Positions 26,242-35,764 of a stretch of DNA of 64,000 nucleotides are shown here, piece after piece. The stretch is from a virus. The first letter of the stretch is position 1. Each line of letters opens with the position of its first letter. The position numbers and the translations under genes were made by a program. The notes below the pieces were generated by a model that was not told the DNA's origin, searched no databases, and saw only the letters and a list, made by a program, of their open reading frames with translations. The stretch is from the IMG/VR virus record IMGVR_UViG_3300045988_131126. The stretch is one strand, 5' to 3'.

Positions 26242-27537
26242 ATGGGTAGATTTCAAAATACTCAATATGTAGACACTGTAAATAATATCACAGATGCTAT
26301 GGTTTCTTTTTTAGATAACCCGTATTATAATAATATAGATAAGCATCCATGGACCTGTGATTATCTTCATATAAATAAAAATTTTACTACTCTTGATGAA
26401 GGTTCTCAGCAAGAATATGCTTTTAAAGGGCAAAATTCTCCAATAAGATACGATCTAATAAAGAATTTTGTATTATTTGGTCCTGGAAATAGAATAGAAG
26501 TAAACTTAAATAAAGAAGAGTTTGGTGTATCAGGAGATATAATAGAAGGAGAATTCTATGTATTACCAGATACTATTATACCATATCCTGGTGATGTATT
26601 TAGATTATATAATATTAAGCAAGATTATTGTTTATTTAAAGTAACTGCAGTAAATAGAGATACTTTAAAAAATAATAAAAACTTTTATAGAATAAACTAT
26701 AAACTTGAAACTACTCAAGAATCTAGGTATCAAGAAATAAGAACTCGTATAGTAAATAACTATACGTTTATTCTAGATAATCTTGATACTGAATATAGTA
26801 TGATAATGCAAGACGATGCTTATAATGCTATAAATGAATTAGATAATCTTTCTATTAAATTAAAAGATTATTTTCAAGCATTATTCTATTCATCTAGAGT
26901 ACAAACTTTCATTTATAAATATATAAATGATAATCCTTTATATGATTTCTTTATGATAGAATTTATAAAGAAAAATAATATATTAAAATATGCTTCAGAT
27001 TATATTCACGTATGCCATCAAATGAGGCCACCATCTAAATTTCCTATAGTATATAATAATACTTTCTTTAGATGCTTAGAATTAAAAGATTTAGAGCATA
27101 TAAGAAAATATACTTATAGAGGTTTTCCTATTCATATAGATGATAGTAGGTCTATCTTTGTAACTAGACAGGAAGAATATTATTATGTCTGCTACGATTG
27201 TTACGAAGCTCAGAAGTGTACTATCCCATCATTTAGAGATGACTTAATTTATAATATTGAAAATAATATTAAATATACTGAATGTAAATATACTATATTT
27301 AATATAGTAATTAAATATTTTAATAATGAAGAAATTACTAAAGAAGATATAGAAGCTTTTGACTGTATAGGATGGGACGCTTGTATAGAATTATTCTATG
27401 GTATTCCAATTATAATATTCTGTATAGAAAAATATATAGATGATAAAGCAAAAAATAAAGAAGAATGTAAGTGTATGAACTTTGATCTATCCAAAAAGTG
27501 TATAAAGGATCAAGACCAGTATACAATCAAAGCCTGA
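26242..27537 (+). CDS. hypothetical protein (431 aa)
   Basis: Track ORF with SD GAAAGGAGGTACAGAT. No motif recognised. Confidence 0.6.
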   Translation: MGRFQNTQYVDTVNNITDAMVSFLDNPYYNNIDKHPWTCDYLHINKNFTTLDEGSQQEYAFKGQNSPIRYDLIKNFVLFGPGNRIEVNLNKEEFGVSGDIIEGEFYVLPDTIIPYPGDVFRLYNIKQDYCLFKVTAVNRDTLKNNKNFYRINYKLETTQESRYQEIRTRIVNNYTFILDNLDTEYSMIMQDDAYNAINELDNLSIKLKDYFQALFYSSRVQTFIYKYINDNPLYDFFMIEFIKKNNILKYASDYIHVCHQMRPPSKFPIVYNNTFFRCLELKDLEHIRKYTYRGFPIHIDDSRSIFVTRQEEYYYVCYDCYEAQKCTIPSFRDDLIYNIENNIKYTECKYTIFNIVIKYFNNEEITKEDIEAFDCIGWDACIELFYGIPIIIFCIEKYIDDKAKNKEECKCMNFDLSKKCIKDQDQYTIKA

Positions 27538-27574
27538 ACATATAGTTAATTTAAGGATTAAGGAGATATTTGAT

Positions 27575-27733
27575 ATGAGTAACCTTAATAAATTACTAGC
27601 ATATTCTATATGCGAAGAGATGGAGCATAATCTCTTTAATGATGAAGAATGCGTAGCAACAGACATTATCGGTGATATAGAAGATGAACCGGATGGTGAT
27701 AAATCTATATTGTACGATAATGATAACGAATAA
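27575..27733 (+). CDS. small acidic protein (52 aa)
   Basis: My own translation gives MSNLNKLLAYSICEEMEHNLFNDEECVATDIIGDIEDEPDGDKSILYDNDNE. SD TAAGGAGATATTTGAT. Below the track length cut-off. Confidence 0.45.
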   Translation: MSNLNKLLAYSICEEMEHNLFNDEECVATDIIGDIEDEPDGDKSILYDNDNE

Positions 27734-27754
27734 TATCCAAGGAGGTATTTTGAA

Positions 27755-28234
27755 ATGACAACTAAAGAATTTGAAGAGATGTTCGGACAGAGTTTCTCAA
27801 TAGATGTAGATAATACATTTGATAAAGCAATTGCTGCAGAAGAAGTAGACGATGATGAAGATGGTGAATGTATCGATACAGTACAGAAAGAATCTTCATT
27901 AGGTTTATCTTTCGGATCAGTACCAGAAGATTCTGGAGATACAGAATTTAACATGTTTGATGAATCTTCAAATGATTTTAATTTATCATTTGGCAGAAAA
28001 AATCAGTCTAAATCATTAGAAGAATCTAGTGATTTTAATTTATCTTTTATGAACGAATCTTCTGATGAAGTAGAAGATGATCTCTATGTAGGTAACGAAG
28101 ATTTTGATTCTCAGTTTGATCTTATGACAGACGAAGATGATGGATTAGATGTTGCTAGTGACTGTGGAGATGCAGAATACATTGACGATGATGACGAAGA
28201 TGGTGAATGTATCGACTTAGTAGAAGAAAAATAA
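27755..28234 (+). CDS. highly acidic repeat protein
   Basis: SD CCAAGGAGG. DDDEDGECID(T/L)V occurs near both ends, and SS.DFNLSF occurs twice. It is very rich in D and E. Confidence 0.6.
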   Translation: MTTKEFEEMFGQSFSIDVDNTFDKAIAAEEVDDDEDGECIDTVQKESSLGLSFGSVPEDSGDTEFNMFDESSNDFNLSFGRKNQSKSLEESSDFNLSFMNESSDEVEDDLYVGNEDFDSQFDLMTDEDDGLDVASDCGDAEYIDDDDEDGECIDLVEEK

Positions 28235-28258
28235 ATATAAGGAGAAGAGTGTTTAAAC

Positions 28259-28813
28259 ATGGACAGATTAACTTGTAATTTAAGAAACGTAAAAAGACCT
28301 ATCAGAGGATTATTTGTAGGTAAAACAATAGTAAGAGATGAATTAGGAGTAGAAATTCCTCTTCGTATCTATTCAAGAATTAAAAGAGACTGTAATGTAT
28401 TTGCAGTAATAGATGGAAAAGAATATATTATTCCTACAGAAGCAGAGTTCAAAAAGCTTCTTTTAAAAGCTGATACTAAAAAAGCTAGAGGTCTTACAAA
28501 GCCAATCATGTATGTAGCTGATTCTAAAGAAGAAAGAGAAATACTTAATGTTACAGAAGAACCTGTATCCAGTATTCCTCATGTATATTCAGCTCCTAAT
28601 GGTGTATGTCTTCCGCATCTTATGACAGAAGATGAAAATGGTACTCTTGTAGATACAGGAATACCTGTAGAAGGATCAGATGGAGTTATTACAACAGCAT
28701 CTGCAGAGGTTCCAGTAGAAGTAACAGAAGAAGAGACTGAAGCAGTCGAAGAAGAAACTGCTACAAATCATCAACAGAATAGTAGAAATAGAAAAAATAA
28801 AAATAGAAGATAA
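28259..28813 (+). CDS. hypothetical protein with an acidic segment and a basic C-terminal tail
   Basis: Track ORF with SD AAGGAGAAGAG. Ends NSRNRKNKNRR. Confidence 0.6.
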   Translation: MDRLTCNLRNVKRPIRGLFVGKTIVRDELGVEIPLRIYSRIKRDCNVFAVIDGKEYIIPTEAEFKKLLLKADTKKARGLTKPIMYVADSKEEREILNVTEEPVSSIPHVYSAPNGVCLPHLMTEDENGTLVDTGIPVEGSDGVITTASAEVPVEVTEEETEAVEEETATNHQQNSRNRKNKNRR

Positions 28814-28820
28814 ATAAAAA

Positions 28821-28848
28821 TCCCGTATATCTATATAGATATACGGGA
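28821..28848. terminator. bidirectional terminator between convergent genes
   Basis: TCCCGTATATCTA ta TAGATATACGGGA, flanked by A and T runs. Confidence 0.65.
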
Positions 28849-28854
28849 TATATT

Positions 28855-30546
28855 TTAATTGCAATTAATAATACAGATATAGGTTAAAATTTCTTCACCG
28901 ATATAATCTGATAATACAGATTTATCTAATAGAATGCCATCTACATTAGGTTCATCATATGAAATGATTCTAAAATCTGATGATAATACAGTGGCAATAA
29001 TTGACAGGATTTCATTGTCAATTTTGGTATCGTTTTCCATATAATTTGATTTAGCTAACGCATAAATCTTACTAGATTTAAGCTTTTCTAGTTCTTTCTT
29101 ATTGATACTTTTTCTTTCCACAATCTTTTCGATCTTACTGCTAATAATAAATGGCATTGCTATTAATCCATTTGCTTGCAACATTCTTTTTGCAGCAATG
29201 ATAAGTTTTACATAATCTCTCTTATTAATATTTGCAATTGTAATTGGATCTCCAAAATATTTATCAAATAAATTGAATACCAACTTCTTTTGGAATTGAT
29301 TAATTATATTTCCTTCAACATCAGATAATCTTGTAATATAATAATCAATTTCATTATCATCAAATGGACCAAACATTAAATCTATTTTTCTCATGCTTTC
29401 TTCCGCTGCTGTTTTATTGAGTAGATATAATTGGTCGTCTGATTTAATCATATAAGCTTCAAATTTATCAAATGCTGAATTATTCTCTGCATCTCTCTTA
29501 GCACTTGATAATGATACATAATCATATTCATATCCAATATCAATTACTTGGAATCCGTTTGATTGTTTGATTGATACATAATTGAATAAGATATTATTTT
29601 TATCATAAGTATACTTTGGAGCAATGTTTAATAAAATATTTTGCACGCTTACTAATGTTTGAGTTGTAGGGGATTTACCTCTAATAGGTTGCATATCCCA
29701 TAATACTTTTTCTCTGTGGAAACTCTGATTAACGTTAGATAAACATGTCTCATATAATTTATTATATATATCAATATGCTTATCTAGATGAATAATCTTA
29801 TCAAATATCTCTAACAGAAAATTATTCGCATCTGAAACAATTTTGTGTACGAAGATATAATGCGTAATTAATGGAATAATCATATTTTGTAATAATGAAT
29901 ACCACATTAATAACTTACTATGTCTATCCTTATAAGTTAAGGATGGATTTTTTACATTCTTATATTTCTTAGAATCCAAATCAAGTAGATAATTATCTTC
30001 ATTCATTAATTGAGCTTTATTCATTATTGATGGAGTAATTATGTACTTGAATAAATCGTTTATAAACATTTCTTTATTATAATCGATGAATCTATCTATA
30101 ACCAATTTTATCCTAAGCATTCCAGATAAAAGTTCATGATCTCGATCATAAAATTTCTCAAAATAATTGATATATTGCGGTAAATGATATACCATCTCTT
30201 TACCATTATAGCATCTTTTTGAAGTTAATATAAAACTATTTAATGCATTTTCTGCTTGTCCGTCATCTACACAAAGATTAAAGATCTTCGTCAATGGAAC
30301 GTACAAAAATCCTTTGCAAGACGTAACTAATACGTCTTCTGCATTAGGAATCCATAAATCTACATATTCCCAATCTGGTGGTAATGGTCTTTTATAAGTA
30401 GGATCGTCAGCATGATAAACTGCTGGATTGTATAACTCATCAGATGTCCCTTTATGTTTATCCAATGGATTATTTAAATATAACGGATTTTCTCTTTTCT
30501 TAGCTATCTCTTCTGCGAGTGTCAATGGTTCTTGATCTTTATTCAT
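28855..30546 (-). CDS. hypothetical protein (563 aa)
   Basis: Long track ORF with SD AGGAGGCAGGAC. No motif recognised. Confidence 0.65.
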   Translation of the reverse strand: MNKDQEPLTLAEEIAKKRENPLYLNNPLDKHKGTSDELYNPAVYHADDPTYKRPLPPDWEYVDLWIPNAEDVLVTSCKGFLYVPLTKIFNLCVDDGQAENALNSFILTSKRCYNGKEMVYHLPQYINYFEKFYDRDHELLSGMLRIKLVIDRFIDYNKEMFINDLFKYIITPSIMNKAQLMNEDNYLLDLDSKKYKNVKNPSLTYKDRHSKLLMWYSLLQNMIIPLITHYIFVHKIVSDANNFLLEIFDKIIHLDKHIDIYNKLYETCLSNVNQSFHREKVLWDMQPIRGKSPTTQTLVSVQNILLNIAPKYTYDKNNILFNYVSIKQSNGFQVIDIGYEYDYVSLSSAKRDAENNSAFDKFEAYMIKSDDQLYLLNKTAAEESMRKIDLMFGPFDDNEIDYYITRLSDVEGNIINQFQKKLVFNLFDKYFGDPITIANINKRDYVKLIIAAKRMLQANGLIAMPFIISSKIEKIVERKSINKKELEKLKSSKIYALAKSNYMENDTKIDNEILSIIATVLSSDFRIISYDEPNVDGILLDKSVLSDYIGEEILTYICIINCN

Positions 30547-30669
30547 TTTGTCCTGCCTCCTGCTTTTCGAAACTTTTAATACTTGTACGTACCACCTCCC
30601 TTAATATAATACATACAAGTAGTCATGTTAATAATATGTAATTGATTAAGTATTTTTCTATTCTTAATG

Positions 30670-30752
30670 GTTCTGAATGTCATTTTGTAAGTTCTGAATG
30701 TATGAATTGTATATTATCTTATTGATAGTATGGGTTCAGAGTGCTTCTGAAC
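30670..30752. promoter_or_regulatory. second cluster of TTCTGAA(T/C) motifs in a divergent intergenic region
   Basis: GTTCTGAATGT at 30670-30680 and again at 30691-30701. Palindrome GTTCAGA gtgct TCTGAAC at 30734-30752. Confidence 0.4.
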
Positions 30753-30849
30753 AAGAAAAGTCACTAGCATCATTTTATATATTTTCTATCTTCAGAGTAT
30801 TATGAGTTTAATACTATCTAAACTTTAGAGAAGATAAGGAGAATACAAA

Positions 30850-30927
30850 ATGATGAATTTCAAAGGTACAGTAATTAGAAGCTATGATGAGGACGACGAC
30901 GATATTATTCTGGTTTATTTAGATTGA
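30850..30927 (+). CDS. 25-codon micro-ORF (MMNFKGTVIRSYDEDDDDIILVYLD)
   Basis: Good SD (AAGGAGA, 9 nt upstream). It is the only plus-strand reading frame in a 640-bp intergenic gap, and the hairpin at 30954-30982 follows it. Whether it codes is unproven. Confidence 0.3.
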   Translation: MMNFKGTVIRSYDEDDDDIILVYLD

Positions 30928-30953
30928 TAATCATAGCACAAAATCACAAAGAA

Positions 30954-30982
30954 AGAGGAGTACGTAATATTGGTACTCCTCT
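30954..30982. terminator. hairpin terminator, better U-tract on the minus strand
   Basis: AGAGGAGTAC gtaatattg GTACTCCTCT. On the minus strand it is followed by TTCTTTGTGATTTT. Confidence 0.5.
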
Positions 30983-31185
30983 AATTTCCAGCAATTTATT
31001 CGTTTTAATGTACTTGATAAGAAATTCATGCGATGTATTACTCTAAAATCTTTTTAATATACATAAGATGAAGCCGAACTTAATCGGCGAATCTAAAATC
31101 ATCTTAATCTTCGATCTCAGTGCGTCAACGTGCTGGGGTCACCCCCACCTTATTTCTTGTAAATTTTTCTTATTTTTATATTCTA
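30983..31185 (-). ncRNA. candidate structured RNA or 3' UTR element downstream of 31186..31536
   Basis: On the minus strand: GGTGGGGGTGACCCCAGCAC, then CTGAGATCGA, then the nested hairpin AAGATGA...GCCGATTAAGTTCGGC...TCATCTT. It ends at the 30954-30982 terminator. It shares CTGAGATCGA and a TAAG..TTCGGC hairpin with 53260-53580. Confidence 0.3.
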
Positions 31186-31536
31186 TCATTTCCATCTCTC
31201 CGCATAATACATATTTGGATTAGATTGATATAAGGCTTCTTCTCTTAAAGATCGCATGCCAAGAAATCTATCTTTCATTTCAGTAATGCAATCGTATGAC
31301 ACTATTTGTCCATTTATAAAAAGTTTTCTACCATGTTCTTGATAAAAAGTATCATTCGGATTTGGTAACTCTATATGCCATCGGTCTGATTTTACTATAT
31401 AAAAAGGCTTTGGTTCATTATCTCGATATTCCCAGGATTCTTTATTTACAGATAAAAACCCTTTCATCGGTTCATGTTTACATGATAGTACTTTTAAAGC
31501 GCTACTTTTGTTTACTAATTTTGATAATTGTTTCAT
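31186..31536 (-). CDS. small basic protein, cluster A member 1
   Basis: MKQLSKL..., GRKLFINGQ, SLREEA. Paralogous to A2-A4. Confidence 0.6.
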   Translation of the reverse strand: MKQLSKLVNKSSALKVLSCKHEPMKGFLSVNKESWEYRDNEPKPFYIVKSDRWHIELPNPNDTFYQEHGRKLFINGQIVSYDCITEMKDRFLGMRSLREEALYQSNPNMYYAERWK

Positions 31537-31616
31537 TTTTCAAGACTCCTAAAGGTGATATTTAATATTTTCGATTTAATAGTTACTTATTTCTTGTCAA
31601 CTTTTTAAGAAAAATA

Positions 31617-31976
31617 TTATATTTTTCGAATTTCTGTGCTATTGCGTAATGAGTATCTTGTCCATTCTTGCTCATCGGCTTCTTCTTGTAAAGTAAATGC
31701 TCTATGATATCGATATCGAATTTTCATCGTGTTTGACATAGATTCGCTACTTTTCATAACACCGTTCACGAATATTTTTCTTGCGCATGTATACGTATTA
31801 TGAGCAGAACGTTGTATTTTTGGTAGACCTTTTAATTTGTCGATATAACATATAGATTTAAAACTTAAATGAATAATAGAAATCCTATCTATACACATTG
31901 ATTTATCACAACGTACTTTTTGCAAACTGCCTGGTTTCTGTGAGTTATTCATTAATATATCCAATTTACAATTCAC
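31617..31976 (-). CDS. small basic protein, cluster A member 2 (start uncertain)
   Basis: CARKIFVNG and FTLQEEADE motifs. The track start is a GTG abutting the SD; a TTG or ATG a few codons downstream is also possible. Confidence 0.5.
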   Translation of the reverse strand: MNCKLDILMNNSQKPGSLQKVRCDKSMCIDRISIIHLSFKSICYIDKLKGLPKIQRSAHNTYTCARKIFVNGVMKSSESMSNTMKIRYRYHRAFTLQEEADEQEWTRYSLRNSTEIRKI

Positions 31977-31982
31977 TCCTTT

Positions 31983-32333
31983 TTATATCATAACATAGTC
32001 TCCAGATTCTTGTATTTTTACTTCTTCTGCAAGAGTAAGCGGACAGAAAAAACTACGGTCTAAATGATACATATAATCGTAATGTACTAATTTACCATTA
32101 TTAAATATCTTTCTAGCGCCTGCAGCAAAATTTTTCACATCATCTTCATCTATAGCAGGCAATTTTATTTTCCATCTGTCATCATCTACTAGATAGAATG
32201 GTTTTATTCTACTATCGTCTAATTCATATGATTCTATATAATGAACCTTTGTACATTCGTATAGTGTTTTAATATCTGCTACCATAGCATATATTGGTTC
32301 ACATTTGAAGGCTAATTCGGTCAATGTTTTCAT
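31983..32333 (-). CDS. small protein, cluster A member 3
   Basis: MKTLTEL..., KPFYLVDDDRWKIKLP (compare A1 KPFYIVKSDRWHIELP), GARKIFNNG, LTLAEEV. Confidence 0.6.
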   Translation of the reverse strand: MKTLTELAFKCEPIYAMVADIKTLYECTKVHYIESYELDDSRIKPFYLVDDDRWKIKLPAIDEDDVKNFAAGARKIFNNGKLVHYDYMYHLDRSFFCPLTLAEEVKIQESGDYVMI

Positions 32334-32683
32334 GTATTATCACCTCTAAATTTTATAGTTTTTTGTTTATTAGATAATATGCTTATAGGTAATATAGTTT
32401 TATTGTCCTTCAAAAGTCCGCCTAAAAATACTTTATTAGCACAATATTCTCCCTTATTCCTAAATGAACACTTATAAGGTAATAAATGTATAGGTTGAAA
32501 TATTTTAAATTCAGAAATAGGCATAGGACGACCATATCCTATACCATCATCAAATGTAGTATAATAAGCTTCTTGTACGCTGCATTTATATCTAGATTTA
32601 TATATTAAAGGCCATAGTTTATAAGTTAGATTTTTTATAGTATCTGTATTGTTACATTCTGCTAACTTTTTTAGTGTTTTCAT
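32330..32683 (-). CDS. small basic protein, cluster A member 4
   Basis: MKTLKKL..., ANKVFLGG. A 4-nt overlap with A3. Confidence 0.55.
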   Translation of the reverse strand: MKTLKKLAECNNTDTIKNLTYKLWPLIYKSRYKCSVQEAYYTTFDDGIGYGRPMPISEFKIFQPIHLLPYKCSFRNKGEYCANKVFLGGLLKDNKTILPISILSNKQKTIKFRGDNT

Positions 32684-32686
32684 ATG

Positions 32687-32980
32687 TCAATACCTCCTTC
32701 CAAACACTTTACGCTTTAAAGGAATTTGATAATGAACAGCTTTATCTATCAGTCTCATATAGATTTTTGTAACTGCTTTTCTCTCTAATGAACGCTGCCG
32801 ATGTATTTTTCTTTTGGCAAACCGCATCCCGACAAGAAGCAAAAAGATGTCATCTGTACTATTGTATTTTTCAAACATAGCTAAAGTAAATAACGAATTC
32901 GGTTTCTCTGTTTCTTTTAATTTTTTCGGTTTAATACTCAATTTAAACATAGATGAGTAGTCCTTTAAATTTATTGACAT
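32687..32980 (-). CDS. small basic protein, cluster A member 5
   Basis: EKYNSTDD (compare C4 LKYNNTDD) and a basic helix RFAKRKIHRQRSLERKAV (compare C5 NHRRNIRAIARRIERTRL). Confidence 0.55.
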   Translation of the reverse strand: MSINLKDYSSMFKLSIKPKKLKETEKPNSLFTLAMFEKYNSTDDIFLLLVGMRFAKRKIHRQRSLERKAVTKIYMRLIDKAVHYQIPLKRKVFGRRY

Positions 32981-33030
32981 ATCTATCCTCCAAAATAAGA
33001 GAGTATCTTTAAAGATACTCTCTTATATAA

Positions 33031-33546
33031 TTATAACTCTTCATAAAGTTTACTAGTCTGTATACCAGAATTGTTTAAGTATTTACCTTCATAATTAATC
33101 GGATCTCCATCTATAGTATGATAATATAACTGCCCAATTTCTACATCCGGATAGATAACGAGTGGTTGAATTACATAGATTTCTAATGTCCAGAAACCTT
33201 TAAATCCACAATCTCCAAATCCAGCAGTTACATGTATACCCATGCCTAATCTTCCAATAGAAGATCTTCCTTCAAGCATTGGTACATAATTAAACGTTTC
33301 CGTATATTCATTAGTTCTACCAAGATATAATTTTCCAGGTTCTAATACTAATCCAGATTTAGGAATAATTATTTTCTTAGCAGTATTATGTGCTTTCATG
33401 TCCAATACGTAAGAATCATAAACCATTAATTCTTTATGTAAAGATACATTATAAGAATTAGGATTTAATCTATCTTCTTTAAAAGGAGTGATTACAATAT
33501 CTCCTTTTCTTATTGCTTCTTCTATTTTATTTTTACCTAAAATCAT
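33031..33546 (-). CDS. dcd: dCTP deaminase
   Basis: EGRSSIGRLGMGIHVTAGFGDCGFKGFWTLEI matches the Dcd signature (GRSS.aRLG..vH.TA..iDpGf.G..tLE). The size is right. Confidence 0.85.
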   Translation of the reverse strand: MILGKNKIEEAIRKGDIVITPFKEDRLNPNSYNVSLHKELMVYDSYVLDMKAHNTAKKIIIPKSGLVLEPGKLYLGRTNEYTETFNYVPMLEGRSSIGRLGMGIHVTAGFGDCGFKGFWTLEIYVIQPLVIYPDVEIGQLYYHTIDGDPINYEGKYLNNSGIQTSKLYEEL

Positions 33547-34577
33547 TTTATTACTGTATCCTTTCCTTTAATAAATATTGGTGTTATATCATGTACTTGG
33601 AAACCAGATGCTCCTGGATGTCCACCACCTCCCATAAATTCAGAAATTGGAAGTGTGTCAATCTTTGCAGAATATAATGAATTAATCCAAGTATCACCGA
33701 TAAAATACATCATAGCACAAATATCATATTTATTAATATTATCTCCAAATGTTATACTATTTCCTCTGCCATTAAATACTAAACAAGAGTATATTTTATT
33801 TTCAAATTTAATATTTACTTCAAAAGCCATCTCAATCATTTGCTGTTTATTTAATGATTCATTAAATTTCAAAATATTTTTACCGGCAGTTATGCATTTC
33901 TCAGTATAAGCAGTTATAAAAGACAAAGTAGCATCCATGAATGGATCAGCTAAATTACAAAATGCAGTATTTGTAGGGTCGTTAAGAAGTGCTATGCATC
34001 CTAAATTAAATTCTGTATCATATTCTTTATCATGCTTCCACGTATCCCAAGAATCTACATATTCGATAAACTCGTTTCTAATAGATTCCTTGTCGAATTT
34101 ATAAACACCATCATTTATAAGTTTTACTAAAGTAGATAATTTGTCATAATATTCTTCTAATGTATACACGTAACTCATTTTATAGAAAGCTTTACAGAAT
34201 AAATATGATATGGCTGCTCCGCAAATATCTGTATTAATAACCTTACTAATTTTATTTAATGGATATTGATCGATAAACTTATAAGAAGTTTTGTGATGGT
34301 CTAACCAAAATACATGTTTATCTTCTTCATCTTTCCATAAATCTAAGCATAATCCTCTAAGTCTAGCAATATTGTCTTTATTAGATAAAGAATAATCTAC
34401 TAAGAAGATAATGTCATCTTCTTCTACTTTATGAAAATCCAATGGAGTTTCATAATTATATAATCTGTAGCATAATCTAGTATGAAATAATAATGGAGCA
34501 CACAACCCATGAAATATACAAGCTCCTGCTGTGATACCGTCAGTATCTCCGTGATGATAGATGTGAATTGTTGGCAT
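33543..34577 (-). CDS. DHH/DHHA1-family phosphoesterase (NrnA/RecJ-like)
   Basis: N-terminal HHGDTDGITAG (DHH motifs I-II), DHH at WLDHHKT, and the C-terminal GGGHPGASGF (DHHA1 GGGH motif). Confidence 0.75.
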   Translation of the reverse strand: MPTIHIYHHGDTDGITAGACIFHGLCAPLLFHTRLCYRLYNYETPLDFHKVEEDDIIFLVDYSLSNKDNIARLRGLCLDLWKDEEDKHVFWLDHHKTSYKFIDQYPLNKISKVINTDICGAAISYLFCKAFYKMSYVYTLEEYYDKLSTLVKLINDGVYKFDKESIRNEFIEYVDSWDTWKHDKEYDTEFNLGCIALLNDPTNTAFCNLADPFMDATLSFITAYTEKCITAGKNILKFNESLNKQQMIEMAFEVNIKFENKIYSCLVFNGRGNSITFGDNINKYDICAMMYFIGDTWINSLYSAKIDTLPISEFMGGGGHPGASGFQVHDITPIFIKGKDTVIK

Positions 34578-34664
34578 ATAAAAGTCCTCCTTAAATATAT
34601 TATAATAAAGTATTAAATTAAATAAAAACGGATATACTTGATCAAGTATATCCGTTTTTATTTT

Positions 34665-34982
34665 TTAATGATAAACACACGTAGATTTATACTTATATAA
34701 GCTAGACATAGGGGTCACATGCTTTCCTAGTCTATAGCTTTCAGTACGCAAATCGTATGCATCGTTCAAATCACACAATTCAGGAATAGAAAGTTTTCTT
34801 TTCCCAAACATCTTTATATATTTGATGTCATGCGTTTTCCCATAGTATTTTACTTGAGGGTCAAATCCAGTAATATTACTTCTAGCTCTTTTTATATAAG
34901 AAAATACTGAATTATGATGAACTTTACATGACGCTAAAGTTTTCCTACTCTTTTTATATTTTAAAAGTTTAAGTCTAGGCAT
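34665..34982 (-). CDS. small basic protein, cluster B member 1
   Basis: Start moved to MPRLKLLKYKK (SD AAGAGGAGATATA). Confidence 0.5.
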   Translation of the reverse strand: MPRLKLLKYKKSRKTLASCKVHHNSVFSYIKRARSNITGFDPQVKYYGKTHDIKYIKMFGKRKLSIPELCDLNDAYDLRTESYRLGKHVTPMSSLYKYKSTCVYH

Positions 34983-35325
34983 TATATCTCCTCTTTGCGT
35001 TATGTACATAAATTCCTAAGTGTTTTATAAATTTCATGGGTGGTATTTTAGATCTACTTGCAACATATTTTAATTTGTATAAGTGAGCAAATGATGTAAG
35101 AGTAATATCATCATCATCTTTTCCGCAATCATTGCCTTTTCTACCGATTGGTGGAATAATACGCATGTATCCGTCTTGATATATTACTCTCTTGTGGTCT
35201 TCGTTCATATTAGTTAGATTCTTAGCCATTGCAAATACATGTAGCCGTTTACAATGATCAAAATATGACAAATCAAGTTTTCGTTTTCTTGATAATTCAG
35301 CATTATGCTTTAATGTATTTCTCAT
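34975..35325 (-). CDS. small basic protein, cluster B member 2
   Basis: Start moved to MRNTLKHNAELSRKRK, directly after the stop of the upstream gene. Confidence 0.5.
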   Translation of the reverse strand: MRNTLKHNAELSRKRKLDLSYFDHCKRLHVFAMAKNLTNMNEDHKRVIYQDGYMRIIPPIGRKGNDCGKDDDDITLTSFAHLYKLKYVASRSKIPPMKFIKHLGIYVHNAKRRYNA

Positions 35326-35326
35326 A

Positions 35327-35731
35327 TTATTCCCCGTATGTATGATCAGGATCCAATTCCTGATCTGGATCTGGTTTAGTAGCTTCATCAGACATAGATA
35401 TCTTTTCTATGTCTAATATATCCCTTAATAAAATGCTTATCACTTCACTATTAAAATCTTTAGACGAATCTAATATAATCATTCCAGTAGCAGTACAAGA
35501 ACTACAACTGCAGCATCCATATGTACAACTTCCATTAGTATCGTAAGCTTTTACAGGAAGAATGTCTTTGATAGTTCCATTCTTTGTAAGTTTCTCTCCA
35601 TTGCTTCTGTATGTAACTATTACATTATCATCTTTAGATAAAGTCATGTGTTTCTCTGATTTATCATCAAAATATAAATTTATTTCTGTGGTATAAATAA
35701 CTTTAGAATCGTTTTGAACTAATAAAGCCAT
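35327..35731 (-). CDS. acidic protein with a Cys-rich patch
   Basis: Contains the patch GSCTYGCCSCSSCTATG. Its composition differs from that of its neighbours. SD AAGGAGGTTATTAATT. Confidence 0.55.
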   Translation of the reverse strand: MALLVQNDSKVIYTTEINLYFDDKSEKHMTLSKDDNVIVTYRSNGEKLTKNGTIKDILPVKAYDTNGSCTYGCCSCSSCTATGMIILDSSKDFNSEVISILLRDILDIEKISMSDEATKPDPDQELDPDHTYGE

Positions 35732-35764
35732 AATTAATAACCTCCTTAAGATTTTATAATTTAG

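Noticed and set aside
27487-27954. A 155-aa serine-rich ORF lies on the minus strand.
   Set aside because: It is antisense to GAA/GAT-rich acidic genes, which have good SDs on the plus strand, so it is a typical shadow ORF.
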